Of a stretch of 64,000 nucleotides of DNA, positions 1-13,149 are shown piece by piece. The notes beneath the pieces are model-generated. The model worked only from the letters and a program-made list of their open reading frames with translations, was not told the origin of the DNA and did not search any database. The stretch is from a bacterium (lineage in GTDB: Bacteria > UBA8248), in contig CBDBZY010000064.1 of NCBI GenBank assembly GCA_965213685.1, positions 864,001 to 928,000 on the forward strand. Direction: 5' to 3'. The position numbers were made by a program, and so were the translations under genes. Position 1 is the first letter of the stretch; each line of letters starts with the position of its first letter.

Positions 1-476
1 CATTTCACCTACTTATACTACCCACATATTTATTTGAGCAAGTAATGTAGAAAACAATTAATTTTTCCCTAGCTCCTTCCATTCCTCCCCCTATCCTCCG
101 AGCCCTCTCTGCTTTAACTCACACTCTTCACAGGTAGAATTCAGCAGTGTCTACCGAAGGAAAAACATAGGTTATAGGCAACATAGGTTTTTAGTCCAGT
201 AAGCACCCTGACTCACCAATTCCTCACTTCTCACCAACAAATAGGATTGTGTCAGGTTCTCAATCACAGTAGCACTGCAGAATAATTATGGCAGAGGAAA
301 AGTTAGTATTAGTAGTTTAGAAATCCTACGTCATAGTCACATAGTGGCTTCAAATTGCTCAAAGTAATGTTTGAGTTTTCTCATACACTCTAACTGCGTT
401 CCAGTGGAATGATGGAATATACTGTTACTTTCGTAGCTACATTTATGTACTTGTATATACAACGATATGTACACAC

Positions 477-1295
477 TAGAATTGGACATTTCCAAGTGCA
501 GTGAATGGCTCTGGTGCTCGCCAGTTGACAGTGACATTGTGGAGAGGAGTGGAAGCTGAGTTAGTGGCTGAATTCTATATGCAGTAGAAAGTGGAAGGCA
601 TGATTAAGAGTAGAGGGTTACATTGGGTGGCATGACTTCATTACCTGCTGTGGTATATCTGTTGGTGAGTCCACAGTGGCATTATTCTATATGCAGTAGA
701 AAGTAGAAGGCATGATTTATTCTACATGCAGTAGAAAGTGGAAGGCATGATTAAGAGTAGAGGGTTACATTGGGTGGCATGATCAATAAACTTCATTACC
801 TGCTGTGGTATATCAGTTGGTGAGTCCACAGTGGCATTACATTGCAGAGTCCTGACTTCAGGGCTAGCAGACACAAATGTTCCCACAATATGATACATGT
901 GGAAAGGTATCCCTGGAACAGGAACTCTAGCTTGTATGAAGAATCCAGTGAACATCCTTGTAGAGTGAAGTGTGACTGTAGAAAACGACATGTACAGAAT
1001 GAATGCTGTTTGAGTGTACAGGTAACATAGCCTTACCCTGGTGGTATTCATTACAGCTGTAGTAGCCATCACTTTCTCCATTGCGTGTCACTGTTAAAGT
1101 CAGGCCATCACAGTTACTGTTGTTTCCGCAAGGTATAGAAGGAACTACTGTCTCAGTTAGTGGGTCAGTGTGGATAGGTGACATGCTGTAGCATGATTCC
1201 GGTGGTGCTCCACTGCTGTATGCTGAGACCCTCAGTGGGAGTGCCAGTACTGCTGCTGCTATTGCTAGCATAAGCCATTTGTGGTTGTGAGGCAT
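477..1295 (-). CDS. Secreted Reeler-domain protein, 5' exons only (ferric-chelate reductase/defense-protein-like N-terminus)
   Basis: Exons 1295(or 1271)-1037, 975-800 and 574-477 join in frame through GT-AG sites. They give a signal peptide (MLAIAAAVLALPLRVSA), then YSSGAPPESCYSMSPIH, FTGFFIQAR...VGTF...LQC and NSATNS...VTVNWRAP...GNVQF, which are hallmark Reeler motifs. Downstream exons were not resolved. Confidence 0.75.
574..840. repeat. Local tandem duplication (about 2.3 copies) of the Reeler intron plus the exon-2 3' end
   Basis: The unit tcta(t/c)atgcagtagaaagt(g/a)gaaggcatgatt starts near 574, 686 and 721. The segment ttacctgctgtggtatatc..gttggtgagtccacagtggcatta occurs twice. Confidence 0.9.
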
Positions 1296-2401
1296 TCTGT
1301 TCAAGATTCAATGTGGTATTCATAGCATGATATTACTGTATGCATTGGCCCCCCCACGACACTATCATGAATATATTTAACCATCACCTACCAACTAAAA
1401 TGTCAAAGCCACTATGGACACCATCAACTCTGCCCAAACCCAATGGCTTATGGTATCTATAGCAGTACAGAAACGTACAGAGCCTGGCTGATGGGCCTTT
1501 TTGCTTCATATTAATTTTGTTTGTTGGTGGGATAGCTGCATCAGCTCTTCAACCACAGCAAAATATATTGTCATCTACGTATCAATGCTCATATAAGCTT
1601 AACTGAACTGGCCGGACTATATAGGAAACCACGAAATACGTCATCTGCTTTGACAGACGACTTATTTCGATGTAGATTCATGTTCTTTGCTTGCTGTACC
1701 CACTCGCTACAGTCCTAGCCCCACCCACATTCTTTGCGAATCGCTCCATTCATAGGCGTAGACATAACAGAGACTACCGGTCATCGCGCAGCCACAGTCA
1801 TAACATCACCTCAAATACGCACCCACAGCGTCCATTATTCTGTCCTACCTTTATCCCTACTTCTTCCTAGCTCTCTACTAACCCATTGGCCTCTATTGTA
1901 CGCTCCCACTGCTATGTAAAGGGCACAAAGACACTGTTGAGTAATCCTCAGGTACAAACAATTCGACTATTCTTATTCTTACTTTCTTTTGCGTACACTG
2001 GCCTTCACCTCCATCGGAATCATCGGCATTGCACGGTCTGTCAAACTGCGCTATAGTGGTACTACCCGCCTCCGCATGCGCAGAACATCCCATAGTCGAC
2101 TAGTGATTATATGGTAGAAATGCGGTGTCCATAAGAAGCCTTTGTCTTGTGATGATAAAGATCTCACATTGAATAAGTAGCGCTGCAAATAAACAATTAA
2201 TTGACAACATTGTGCGCTTGCATGCACAGGATAGAGTGATGGCTAACTTAAGGTTTATGTCTCTATTCATGGTGTACTTATTGAATGGATTGACTAGAAT
2301 ATCTCTTGCTTCATGGCTCCAGATGGTTATAAATCTACCTTCAGAGATCTTGGTGTGGGTCTTCTCAAGCTTATACACACATTGGTGTAAATTAGTGCCA
2401 G

Positions 2402-5400
2402 TTACAGAAAAGCGTAATAGATATCCACTGTTGAGCAGCAAAAGATGAGAAGAAAGAATTGGTGCATGCAAAGGGTTGATGAAGAAGTGGTACAGGTGCT
2501 GAGAGCTAGGTTTGACCTAAGTGGCGATATATCAACAGGAAAGTAAATTAATTTATGAACAATCTTATAAAGAGTACACAACTTAAAATACAGGCGACGG
2601 TTGCAGAGAGTAGGACACTTAGCAAGGTCAAGTAAATCCTGATAATCCAGATTATCCCATTGTTTAGAACATATTTTCAATGCAAGTTTCTGTGTATTTT
2701 CCAGTTTTTTTATGCTTCTGGCTGTACGAGGATCCCAAACTGGGGCTGCATATTCTAAATGTGGCCTGATTTGTGTGGTATACAATTCAAAGGGAGTGTC
2801 TGGTCCGGCACTACTGTAAAGTAGGCCCAAGAGTTTCCTTGCTTTGGTGCAAACAGATTCGATGTGTGGTGTCCAAGAGAGGTCTGACGATAGGATGACA
2901 CCAAGGTATTTGATGGTATCAACACATTCCAGTGGAATACCCTCTAGAAGTATGGCCGGGACATCAGTTGGTTTCCTCTTTCGAGACACTCTCATATATT
3001 TGCACTTAGATGGATTCATAGTCAGATGATGTGTGCGAACCCAAGTATTTAATAAGTCATTGTCTTGCTGAAGGTGTTGAGCGTCACCTGGAGAATTGAG
3101 ACCTCTGTACAACAACATGTCATCAGCAAATAAGTTAATGTAGGTACCAGAGGAGAAAGGCAAGCTGGCAGCATCATTGATGTAGGTAAGGAACAGCAAA
3201 GGTCCTAACACTGAGCCCTGTGGTACTCCAGACAGCACTGGTAAAGGAGCTGAAGATTCGCCACCAACAACCACTTTTTGACATCGCCGAGTAAGGTAAC
3301 TTCACACCCATTTCAGAATATGGGGATGAAGCCCAGTAGCTTCTAATTTCTGAAGTAGGGGTACATGAGGAACTGAGTCAAATGCTTTGCGAAGGTCATA
3401 GAAGATGGCGAGAATTTCCTTGCCAGTCTCCAATGCTTGAAGCCATGCATGGACCACAGTTAGGAGAGAAGCCACAGCTGACTTTCCATGTTGAACCCCC
3501 CACTGGTTAAGAGCAAGTTGGTAAGAGGTGTTGAAATGATCAGTAAGCAGCCAATGGAAGTGTCATTCAAGCAATTTGCTCATTATGGAGAGGAAGGAGA
3601 TTGGCCGGTAGTTGCCTTATCACCACCCTTGGGAATGGGAACGATGGATGATTCCTTCCAACATTGAGGACACTTGCCACTCCTGATTGAAATGTTAAAT
3701 AACTTTGTTAGTGATGGAACAATACTCTCAAGTGTGCCTTTTAACATCCTAGATGAAATTCCATCTGGTCCACTGGCTTTAGACACATCCAGAGAGCGAA
3801 TAAGGGCTGCTACCTCCTCTTCACAACAGAGGAAATCATCTGGACAGTGGTTAGATGGACATTCATTTAGGGACTCAAGTAATGGTGGAACAGCAGGATT
3901 GAAACAGCTGGAGAAGAAGTCATTCAGCATCTTAGCTTTGGCTGAGTTGGTAGATGCAGACATATCATTTAACATAAGAGTAGGAATGGTTGATTTTTGT
4001 TTGCTAAGACATTTGATTGCTTTCCAAAACTGTTTCTTGTTAGTTGAACTTAAGGTATTGAAGTAGGCTCTTCGAGATTTACGAATCATGGAAGTTACAG
4101 TATTACACAACATTTGGTACCTCTTAGCACTGTTGCAGTTGGGAGACTTCTTATGTTTTCGAAAAGCAATGTTACGTTTATGAATACACCGAACAATATT
4201 CTGGTTCAGCCAGGGCAGATTGTGCCTCCTTAGCAGTTGCCTTTGAGGAATACACTCCGACATTATCTCAAGAAATCGTTTTTGCCAGTTGCGGGTGGAA
4301 GTGTCAATGTCATTTTCATGTAGCAAGCTGTCCCAGTCAGTGATGCGAATCAGGTCACAAGCCTTGGTGAAATCCGCATGCTTGTAGTCCCAAATTAGGC
4401 ACTGGGATAGTTTGAACTGTCTGTGAGTGGGTTTCCATTTTAGTAGAAGGTGGAGGCCATTGTGGTCAGAATTTGCAAGAGGTGGGGTAGTACAGCACTG
4501 AATAAGTTGAGACATGTCTGATAACAGAGCCAGATCAATGATAGATGGCTCTCTATTTGGTTTAGTGTGAGTTGAAGAAGTGACTGCTTGTGAAAGTGAA
4601 AAGGTATATAAAACCCATGTAACTTTGGGGAGAGAGGATGGCTGGGATTGCAAAAATCCACATTGAAATCTCCTATAAGTACCAAAGTAGAAAAACTGGA
4701 AGGATTGATGTTGTGTACAATTGAAAGAAGAGAATCAAAAATATTTGCAGGAGACGATGGTGGCCTATAAAACAGTAAGATGCAATGCTTCAATTTGGGA
4801 GGTGGGGAAGAAATGGAAACAGAGAGAAACTCTAGATTGGGAGATCCCGTCATTGGTAATTCACTAGTGACACATGGCTTTACATAAATTATGACCCCAC
4901 CACCATGCCTGTTCTGGTCTAACCTATAAAGTGCATAGCCCACCAGTGAAATTTCAAAGTCAGATATTTCAGTGGAGAGCCAGGATTCCACTATGCAGAT
5001 TACAGTCGGTTCAAGATCTTCCACAGTAGCAGCCAGTTCATCAAACTTGGGAAGGAGACTTCTTGCATTGTAATACAAATTTGACAAAGGATTGGAGCTG
5101 GGAGTACCAGGTTGAAAGCTTGTGCCTTCCACGAAAGGAGTAAGTGCTTCTATAATTGTCTAAAAAAGGCAGTGTATTTACAGGAGGTAGGGAGTCAGAC
5201 AATAGGGAGCAATGGGTCACACCATCTGCACTGATGTCTTCACTGTGAGTAACAATGACTGTGTCTGTAGCAGTTGCAGATGAAGATGTAGAAGATTGTT
5301 GAGCATTGTCTGATTGCAGTGTAGGAGATGTTTGTGGTTGCTCTGGTTGCTGGCCAGGTAGGACATTGGCAGGAGAGCTGTCTTCATAGCAGTACATATT

Positions 5401-6100
5401 CTCTAGTTTCCAACCTGTGTGGGTAGAAATGTTCATCCATTGTTGTTCAAGCATGTTTATGGCAGACAGATCTCCCCGTATTACTAACCACCACCTTTTC
5501 ACCAGTCCACATTGCGAGGTTTTGTACTTGTGTTTGATTACCAGGCCACTTGTCAAAGATTGTGTGGGAATGAAGCGCCCAATTGCATTGAATAGTGCTG
5601 TCGATGTGGTAGACCTCAGAGTGCCCCATACCTTCCTTGCATCTGGGATGAGAACACGATTCTTGAGTGGTTTTGGAGTGTATGCAGAAGGACGATGGGG
5701 GGTATTGACTGTAGTCATCTCATTTTCAACGAGGTGATGACCACCACCACTACCACCACCCATACCACTACCACCACCATCATTACCACCACCCACACCA
5801 CCACCACCACCATCACTATCACCACCCACACCTCTGCCCCTACCACCACTACCACCACCCACACCTCTGCCACCACCACCACCACTCCTTCCACTAACAC
5901 CACATCTAACACCAGACACACATTCCTCTGCCACCCCACAGTTGTTTCCCACATGTGAACTCCATCTTCCACAACCACCCATACCCCCACTACCTCTCCC
6001 TCCTCCCCTACCCCTCCCCCTACCTCTGCCCCATACCCCATGCTCACCATCTTGGCTCAGCACCCAGTGTCCATTGGGACGAAAAGTAGCTGGGTCATTT
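2402..6100 (-). mobile_element. CR1/L2-like non-LTR retrotransposon, near full length and frameshifted (ORF1, APE endonuclease, RT)
   Basis: APE motifs: YYNARSL, VESWL, YRPP, IGDFNVD, SDH. RT motifs: KASGPDGIS, IVPIPK, SGVPQGSVLGPLLF, LFADD, KYLGV, RPHLEYA. These are split over ORFs 4440-5132, 3583-4653 and 2402-3274. A Gly-rich ORF1-like frame lies at 5041-6126. Confidence 0.9.
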
Positions 6101-6168
6101 GCGTTCTTTTGTTTGTTAAAGAACAATTCTGTTTTTGCAGTGTATCTACTGATCTCTTGTCCAGACCG

Positions 6169-6372
<204 letters not shown>

Positions 6373-6440
6373 ACAATATCGCCGAGATAAGTAATAATTT
6401 CAAGTGAAGACTGTAGAGAAGCCAAAACGATGTCGCTAAT

Positions 6441-7115
6441 TAGTCTCGCAAGCCAGCTGTATTTTTCCTCGGGGGAGGACGTGATCGGAGGGAAACGGGA
6501 AAATGCGAAGGGAAAAATACGTCCAGTAACATGTTCTGCCGGATTGTCGAATAGTAACGTTAATTGCTCATTACCGCATACTCTCCTCGACGATTATGGT
6601 GTAGAGATGGCTGTAGAGGCTGGGAAGAAAGGTAGTGAGGGAGGACTCGACGAAGCAGTTGGGGTACGCAAAGCTGACACAGGTAGCTGTGAGGACGTTT
6701 CAATCTTATCTCGGAACGCTTTCTCCTCGAGACCTGTATACGTCCTCCTTAATGCCTTACGAATACCACGGCATGGTCTGCACAAGCAGTCGTGTGATAA
6801 AAGCAGTCTGTTCGCTTCTGAAGGGAATACTGCGACACTATAGCTGCTACAAAGTAGACTGATGCCTCGTTTTCCGACAGACTTGCGTCTTACTGCAGTC
6901 AGCGCTCGTCACTGGTGCCAGGTACTGAGAACAGATGGCTCAAGACACGCCACCCCGCTAGCCCTCGCTTGTGTCTATTTCCCGTGGCTTCGTAAACAAT
7001 TTTCCGCTGCCGCCTGCACATGTTACCAGTTAAGACGTATTTTACCTTCGCATTTTCCCGTTTCCCTCCACTCACTTCCACCACTCGCGAAAAATGTACG
7101 GCTGGCCTGCGAACA
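6441..7115. mobile_element. Non-autonomous DNA transposon (MITE) with imperfect long TIRs and a TAG start
   Basis: The left end tagtctcgcaagccagctgtattttt...gggaaacgggaaaatgcgaagggaaaaatacgtc is mirrored by gacgtattttaccttcgcattttcccgtttccc...aaaaatgtacggctggcctgcga at about 7034-7112. Confidence 0.6.
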
Positions 7116-8310
7116 AAATCCATTGCCCTTTTACGAAATATGTACGGACTGTCACTGAGCAGCTATCACTGAGAAGACAGCGAGGTTATATCTGTCTTTC
7201 TGATACTGTTCTTCGGCAACAGGAGGACTGAAGAGGTACTGTTGTTACGTCTTTCCCGCGTGTCAGTGGCCGCATTCACACAGCAGCAAAAATGTGAGCC
7301 CACAAGTGTTGCTTTGTTACGAGACTACAAGCAATAAACATATATATAGCACAGCAAATTGTCGTAGTCAGAGAGGAAAGCGGCTCTCTTCGAGTCCTTG
7401 TTTCAGCTTCAGGTAATTCATACATTCAATGGAGCTCTGCTAACAGACCAACACACCTGACGTCACGTCCAAACCCACACGTGTCACACCTCCTTGGCCA
7501 TAATAATATTGTCAGCCATTTACGTCTCACGTGAGTGCCGTCCCGCGAGCCTTGCGCTTGGTACATGGTGGATCCAGAAGGCGTTAGTTGTAAGGTGAGC
7601 TGATGCGTCATTCGGTGCTGGTCTCGTAGCTCGACAGTGTTTGTACGTTTATACATAATAGGCAGTTTGTTGCGATGACTCGGAACGGCCCATATATGTC
7701 CGCTAAGTTAGTACGGCTGGAAGATTCAGCTTTGCAATCCAGCATGACTACAACTTTCCCTCTACAATGTGAAGTTTGTGTAGTGAAAAGTACAGTTATT
7801 ATTGTCATTTCAATGTCTGTACATGTCAGTGTTCAACACCAGCTTGGTACGTTCGTACTGTTGTCAGGAGGCCTACAACGATTTGTAGTCAATACCGTTT
7901 CTGGTCTACATATGCCTTTCAAGGAAGAGAGTGATATGTCGGCCTGCTGGTCTCCAAATGAACTTAGTTAATAGTCCATAGTGGGAAGGTTTTCCATCAG
8001 CCATACTAGCATCGCTCTTCAATTAGGTGAATAACAATTTTCATACACACCTTATGAGCTTCTAGGTACTCTCACAAACACATATACAGAGCACCTGACG
8101 ATGTCACTTTCAACTTCCTGACTGCTAAAGTCCCCCTGAAACCAAAACTTCCTTAAAGTGTTAGTAGTAGGAGTATGGAAAGAGGAAGGGTAAACATTTT
8201 AGTTGGTATACTAGTCACTGGGACATTTCAAGAATGGTGGTGTATATAAACAGTTTTGTTTTCTGTTGCCCAGGTTCTGTACCATTCACCTAGTAAGCCA
8301 ACTCTCTAAA

Positions 8311-11112
8311 ATGGAGGAAGGCAGTACGCATAGTGATGACAGTGATTATGAACCTGCACCAATTGCTTGCACAATGAACGACAGCAGCCAGCCTCCCCCT
8401 CTCCCTCCCCCTCGTTCATCATTCACTTTTCCTCATGGTTCATTCACTTTTCCTCGTCGTATACATTCCCACAGCTCAGCGGACCTCTATTCCTCAGTGA
8501 AATCTCAAAACCAACTGTTTCTCTGCCAGGCAATGAGGAAGTCAATCAGTGCTGATGTGAAGTTCCTGCTTCCTAAAGAGCCTGTGCAGTTGTCACAGTT
8601 CATCACGCGCTATTCTGCCCTGCTTCCCTGTCAAGTTCAGCTCCTCAGTGGATTCTGCTCCACTTCCATGGCCTCTGCTCCCTTACAGAGCGACATCCTC
8701 CAACTGCATTTCATCAAACACAGCAAGGTTGTAGTAATGAAGGAAAAGGAGAGTGGAGAAGAGTGCTCTGTCCCTCTCAACTCGGCAACAAAGTTTGGCC
8801 TTTTGTACAACCCTCATGCAGACCTGCTGGAGGCAATGGCTGGATTCGAGTTCGAAACTGTGGGGGATGTCATGGCCATGAAGCCTCTGCCTCTTGTTAT
8901 AAAAGCAACACAGTGCTACAAGGGGAGCTCGGCTGAATCATTAGTGGAAGAGGAAGAGATTTTTTGGGTGTTAGGAATCAGAAACTCCTTTCGTTCCAAA
9001 CATCTTCGAGTTCGTAGTCTACAGAAAGGAAACAAGCTCTTGCCTGAGAAGTGCTCAGGTGCCTTTACTACTCTACCAGATGACATCCAAGTCCCACTGG
9101 TGACACTTCTTGACCTCGGTCTTCATCTGCCACAAACTGCAGTTGCCTTTGGTAGTGATAGCACCATGCAGCAGCAATCGACGAAGTATCTCGTTATTTT
9201 GGAAAAGATGGCAGGCGAGACCTGCATCATTGCCTCCTACCCTAGTCCAGAGGAGAAGAAAGAACTCACTCACCTGGAAGTATCGTCTGACTTGGAAGTA
9301 GAAGTGGAGACAGTAGCAATGAATCTGTCGGCAAGGAAAGAGCTTGAGATCCAAACACAAGAACTATTTGTCAACTTCAATGAGTCCAAGTCATCTCTGA
9401 TAGTTCAGAAGAGCAGCAAGCAGGCTAATGAGCTGCAAGCACTCCTCCACAGCCAGCTTCTCCCTGGTAGAGAGCAGGAGGGTGTGCAGCTCGTTCACCC
9501 ACCAATGCTTGGCATTGACCAACAGCCCTGTGAAGATCCTCCGAGATCCGAGGCAAGTTCCTCTCAGCCCCCCACACCAGAGGTGAATATTTTAAGCCCA
9601 ACACCAAGTTCAGAATTTCCACCAAAGCTAGAGAACGACTACCAAGTGGTGCCTTCAGATGGAGGCACTGCAGATGAAGATTATGTATACATGGCTCGGT
9701 TAGGCAGCATTCCTGAATCTCTGAGTGAAGACGCTTTTAATTCACACTCTCGCAGCCCAAGTGCTGAGATTGAGTATCCCAAGCAGAAAACCCCTACAGT
9801 AGCAGATGTTGAATCACAGAGTCAGTTCGTACATACATCAAACAGCCTGCCTGAACTGTTCGCCAAACTTGACAACTTTTCTCAGCAAGTAGGCTCACTA
9901 TCAGCTTATATGAAACAACAAGACTGTATCCTGAAAGAAATGGAGAAACTACAGTCCACTATGCTCGCAGTACAGAAAGACGTAGAGCTTTTGAAAAGTC
10001 CTACAGAGGTAGGGAAGACATCCCCAGATCCGCAAGAAGAAGAGCACGAAAGAAACAGAAGATTCCTGGCTACTCTGGACACTCAACAGGTAAACTGATG
10101 TTTGTCCCTTATTGTGGTGAACTACTATGTAAGCTGTGCCTAGATCTTATCTCAAGCCCCCTTTCCCCTTTTCCCCCTTTCCTGTGAAGTAGATAACATT
10201 GATTGTGTGTATGCAAATAAGCATCAGAGCAAAGAGAATCTATTGCATGTCTGTTTGCTCATCCATTTGATATTCCTCATGGGTGACTGCTTATCACATT
10301 ACCCACTGTACGTAATTACCTCACCAATGGCAAGATATGTGTGGGAGGGAGGGTGGAAGCTGGTGTCTAAGCTTCTGGTAGGACATGATTTGCCCTATTC
10401 GAGCTTAGTATGGCATTGGGCCACCTTGCTTCAAGCATGTGGCATGGGAGGTCCCATACCCATACTCCTTGAAGACATAAGTGTACATGTATACTTTCCA
10501 GAGCCTGTTGCAAAGTAGTTGCTGTGTAGTTTTTTAAACCACTTGCCATTTGAAGAGTTTTTGCTACATGTACATGTATATCTACGTGTGTGTGTGTGTG
10601 TGTGTGTGGGGGGGGGGGGGGGGTACCTTTGTAGTGTTGGTATATCCTGGAAAGTCCTCTAAACCTGTGGCATCAGCCATACACGTTGCTAGGCAACATC
10701 ATAGTAATAGTACACTCTTCCCCTTTTGTGGCATTACACAGGAGTGGCATAATTGGTCAGGGTACTTGAATTTTGGCCTCTTGTGAATTCATAATTATGT
10801 ATTGGAAGACATTCCCTGCCCAATGCACAAAGTGTACTACAGCTGTCATGCCCATGGCATAGTATTGCAAATAAACCACATTAATCTTTGAATCCAATAT
10901 CTTGTGCATAACAGATTCTGAAGATACTGGATGCACTGGATCTCCCTGAGTACAAGGAGGCCTTTCAAAGACAGCACATTAATGGGCACGTGCTACTGCA
11001 GCTGAATCACCAGATACTGGAAGATGAGTTGGGAATTAAGTCTAAACTCCACCGCATTCGCCTCATGACATTAGTGTCAGGAAAGGTGTCGGGCAACACT
11101 CTTTTGCCATAG
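8311..11112 (+). CDS. CABIT-like + proline-rich + coiled-coil + SAM adaptor protein (GAREM/THEMIS-like)
   Basis: Exon 8311-10089 (donor gtaaac) splices in phase 0 to 10915-11112, which encodes a SAM domain (ILKILDALDLPEYKEAFQRQHINGHVLLQL...ELGIKSKLHRIRL). CABIT-like motifs: LSQFITRYSALLPCQV, CSVPLNSATKF, FETVGDV, LLPEKCSGAF. PPPLPPPR and Tyr motifs DYEP, DYQV and DYVY are also present. Confidence 0.72.
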
Positions 11113-12094
11113 TACTTAACGCTTCATTTGCACTCTTTGTTGTTTACCTGCACTTCTAGCTGTTGATCTGTAGTACATATTAGTGTATTGTTATGTACTA
11201 TGAATACATTTGTATCATACATGCAGCTGTATAAACACAAGTTTCCTTTTGGATTGGGGTGGAACCTAGTAGTTGTACCATCATTACCCTATTGTCACTC
11301 TGCCTGTACTGTAGTTCACTCCCAGCTATTTAGGCCAGGTAGACAATGTCAAGAGAATGAAATGGCCAACGAACCAGTAGTGCAGGACCTTAGTGGTACA
11401 TTTTGTCAAAATTCAGCACTATTCTTCCTGCATGGGTAAAGCAACATGTATGAACATACAAGAAAGAGTTTCGAAGTACACCTTTAGGGCACCAGTGTGT
11501 TTTAGATGGGGTGAAAAATGTAGAGTTAGTATATATTTCATCTCAGAAGTGGTCTGGGAATCTGTACATTTGTGACATATTGATAGGGACACTTTACATC
11601 ACATGTAATATTGTAATGCTGGTCAGTTTCTGTCAGAGTTTCAAGTCAAAACCATGAATTGACCTTTCAAACAACAACAGTCAACAACACATGGGGTGGC
11701 ATGTTTCAGCATTTTGGGAATGCCTCATTCCACAGACTGACACAGAGGGGACTACAACCCATGCTCACCATATGTACATAGACAGCTACAACTTTTTTCA
11801 GACCTTCCAAAGATATCAACTACCCAACATGTGTGTCACCCACGGTGGGAGAATAGCCATCTGCAGAACATCTTTGGGAGGGATGGGTGAGAGAGATAGA
11901 TAGTGGGAGAAAAGGAAAGGTGTGAAATCTAATATGTATATCCATATGAAGATACGTATCTCTTAACTAGCTAGCACTTCAATACCATATGACAATAAAG
12001 TAATAGCACATAATGTTAGCTTGTCCTTTCGTGACCTCTCACAAGCAAGAGTTGAACAAACAACTCAACCTGTGAAATCATTAGAAAGTAGTCT

Positions 12095-12173
<79 letters not shown>

Positions 12174-13149
12174 TATCCACCATTCCTGAACAGAACTCAG
12201 TTGTAAAGCATGCATACTAATTGGCCATACAGTGGCTTTCTGGCCCAATCACCACCTATACACTCATGGTAGTGGTTACCTCTCAGTTATGCTAAACTTC
12301 AGACAGGCAAGATGGATGGATATCAACTGCCAAATTAAGACCAATATGGTAGGCTGCATAATGCTAACTTTCTGGTAGGCCTGTGTGTGCTAATGTCATT
12401 CAGTGGGTGTAGGGTGAAGAAGACTCAATGGCTATGTACATTCAATAAGGCATATCTTGGCCTGTGGCTTGGATGGAGTGCCACAGTGGAGTTGGCATCT
12501 CCCACCGATTGTGGTGAGGTAATCATATGGCCATTGTAGGAAGTGGGTGGGTTCAGTCCTCTTTCCCGAGGGCACCCTACACCTGAACAATAGACTGCGC
12601 AGTTGTGGATGTGGCATGTTTTCGATGAGCATACTGATTCATGTAGCTATACATGTACATGTACATGTATGTGTCATGGAATTGGAAGCTGCAGGGAGTA
12701 TAGACTATTTATGGATAGTACATGTATACTGATTAGTTGGAGGTTATGTAGTACAAAATAGTGGGTATATAGCACATTCCTAAATTCATCAGTTGTGTTG
12801 GCATCAGTGCAGATGCTGGATAGCTGTTGTACTGCTGTAGACAATGTGCTACTTGAAAAGTCACATGACCCACAGATACACGGTAAGAGCTTAGGAGCTC
12901 TTAATCAATGCACGATGCCACAGGTAGAGACCACATGTACAGTGTTAGCTTGCCACAAGCATGTGACTCCTGTGACACCCCTCCAGGGTTAACGACAGCT
13001 CTTGCTGGAGGTATAGTATTATTTTTGGGGGGTGTATACAATAGTAATACAGCACAGGCAATGCATGAAAGTACACTATAAGAACTTTAGTGGAAATAAA
13101 GCAAAGGCGAAAATACACTCAAAAAATAACAAAAAATATATTCCCCACA

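Noticed and set aside
5155-5175. T TTT TTA slippery heptamer near the LINE ORF1/ORF2 boundary
   Set aside because: In this copy the -1 frame hits a stop within a few codons and ORF2 lies in the +1 frame, so programmed frameshifting cannot be supported without a consensus.
6430-7158. 137-aa and 98-aa ORFs
   Set aside because: They lie inside a TIR-bounded MITE, have no recognisable domain and share peptides only because of the inverted repeats.
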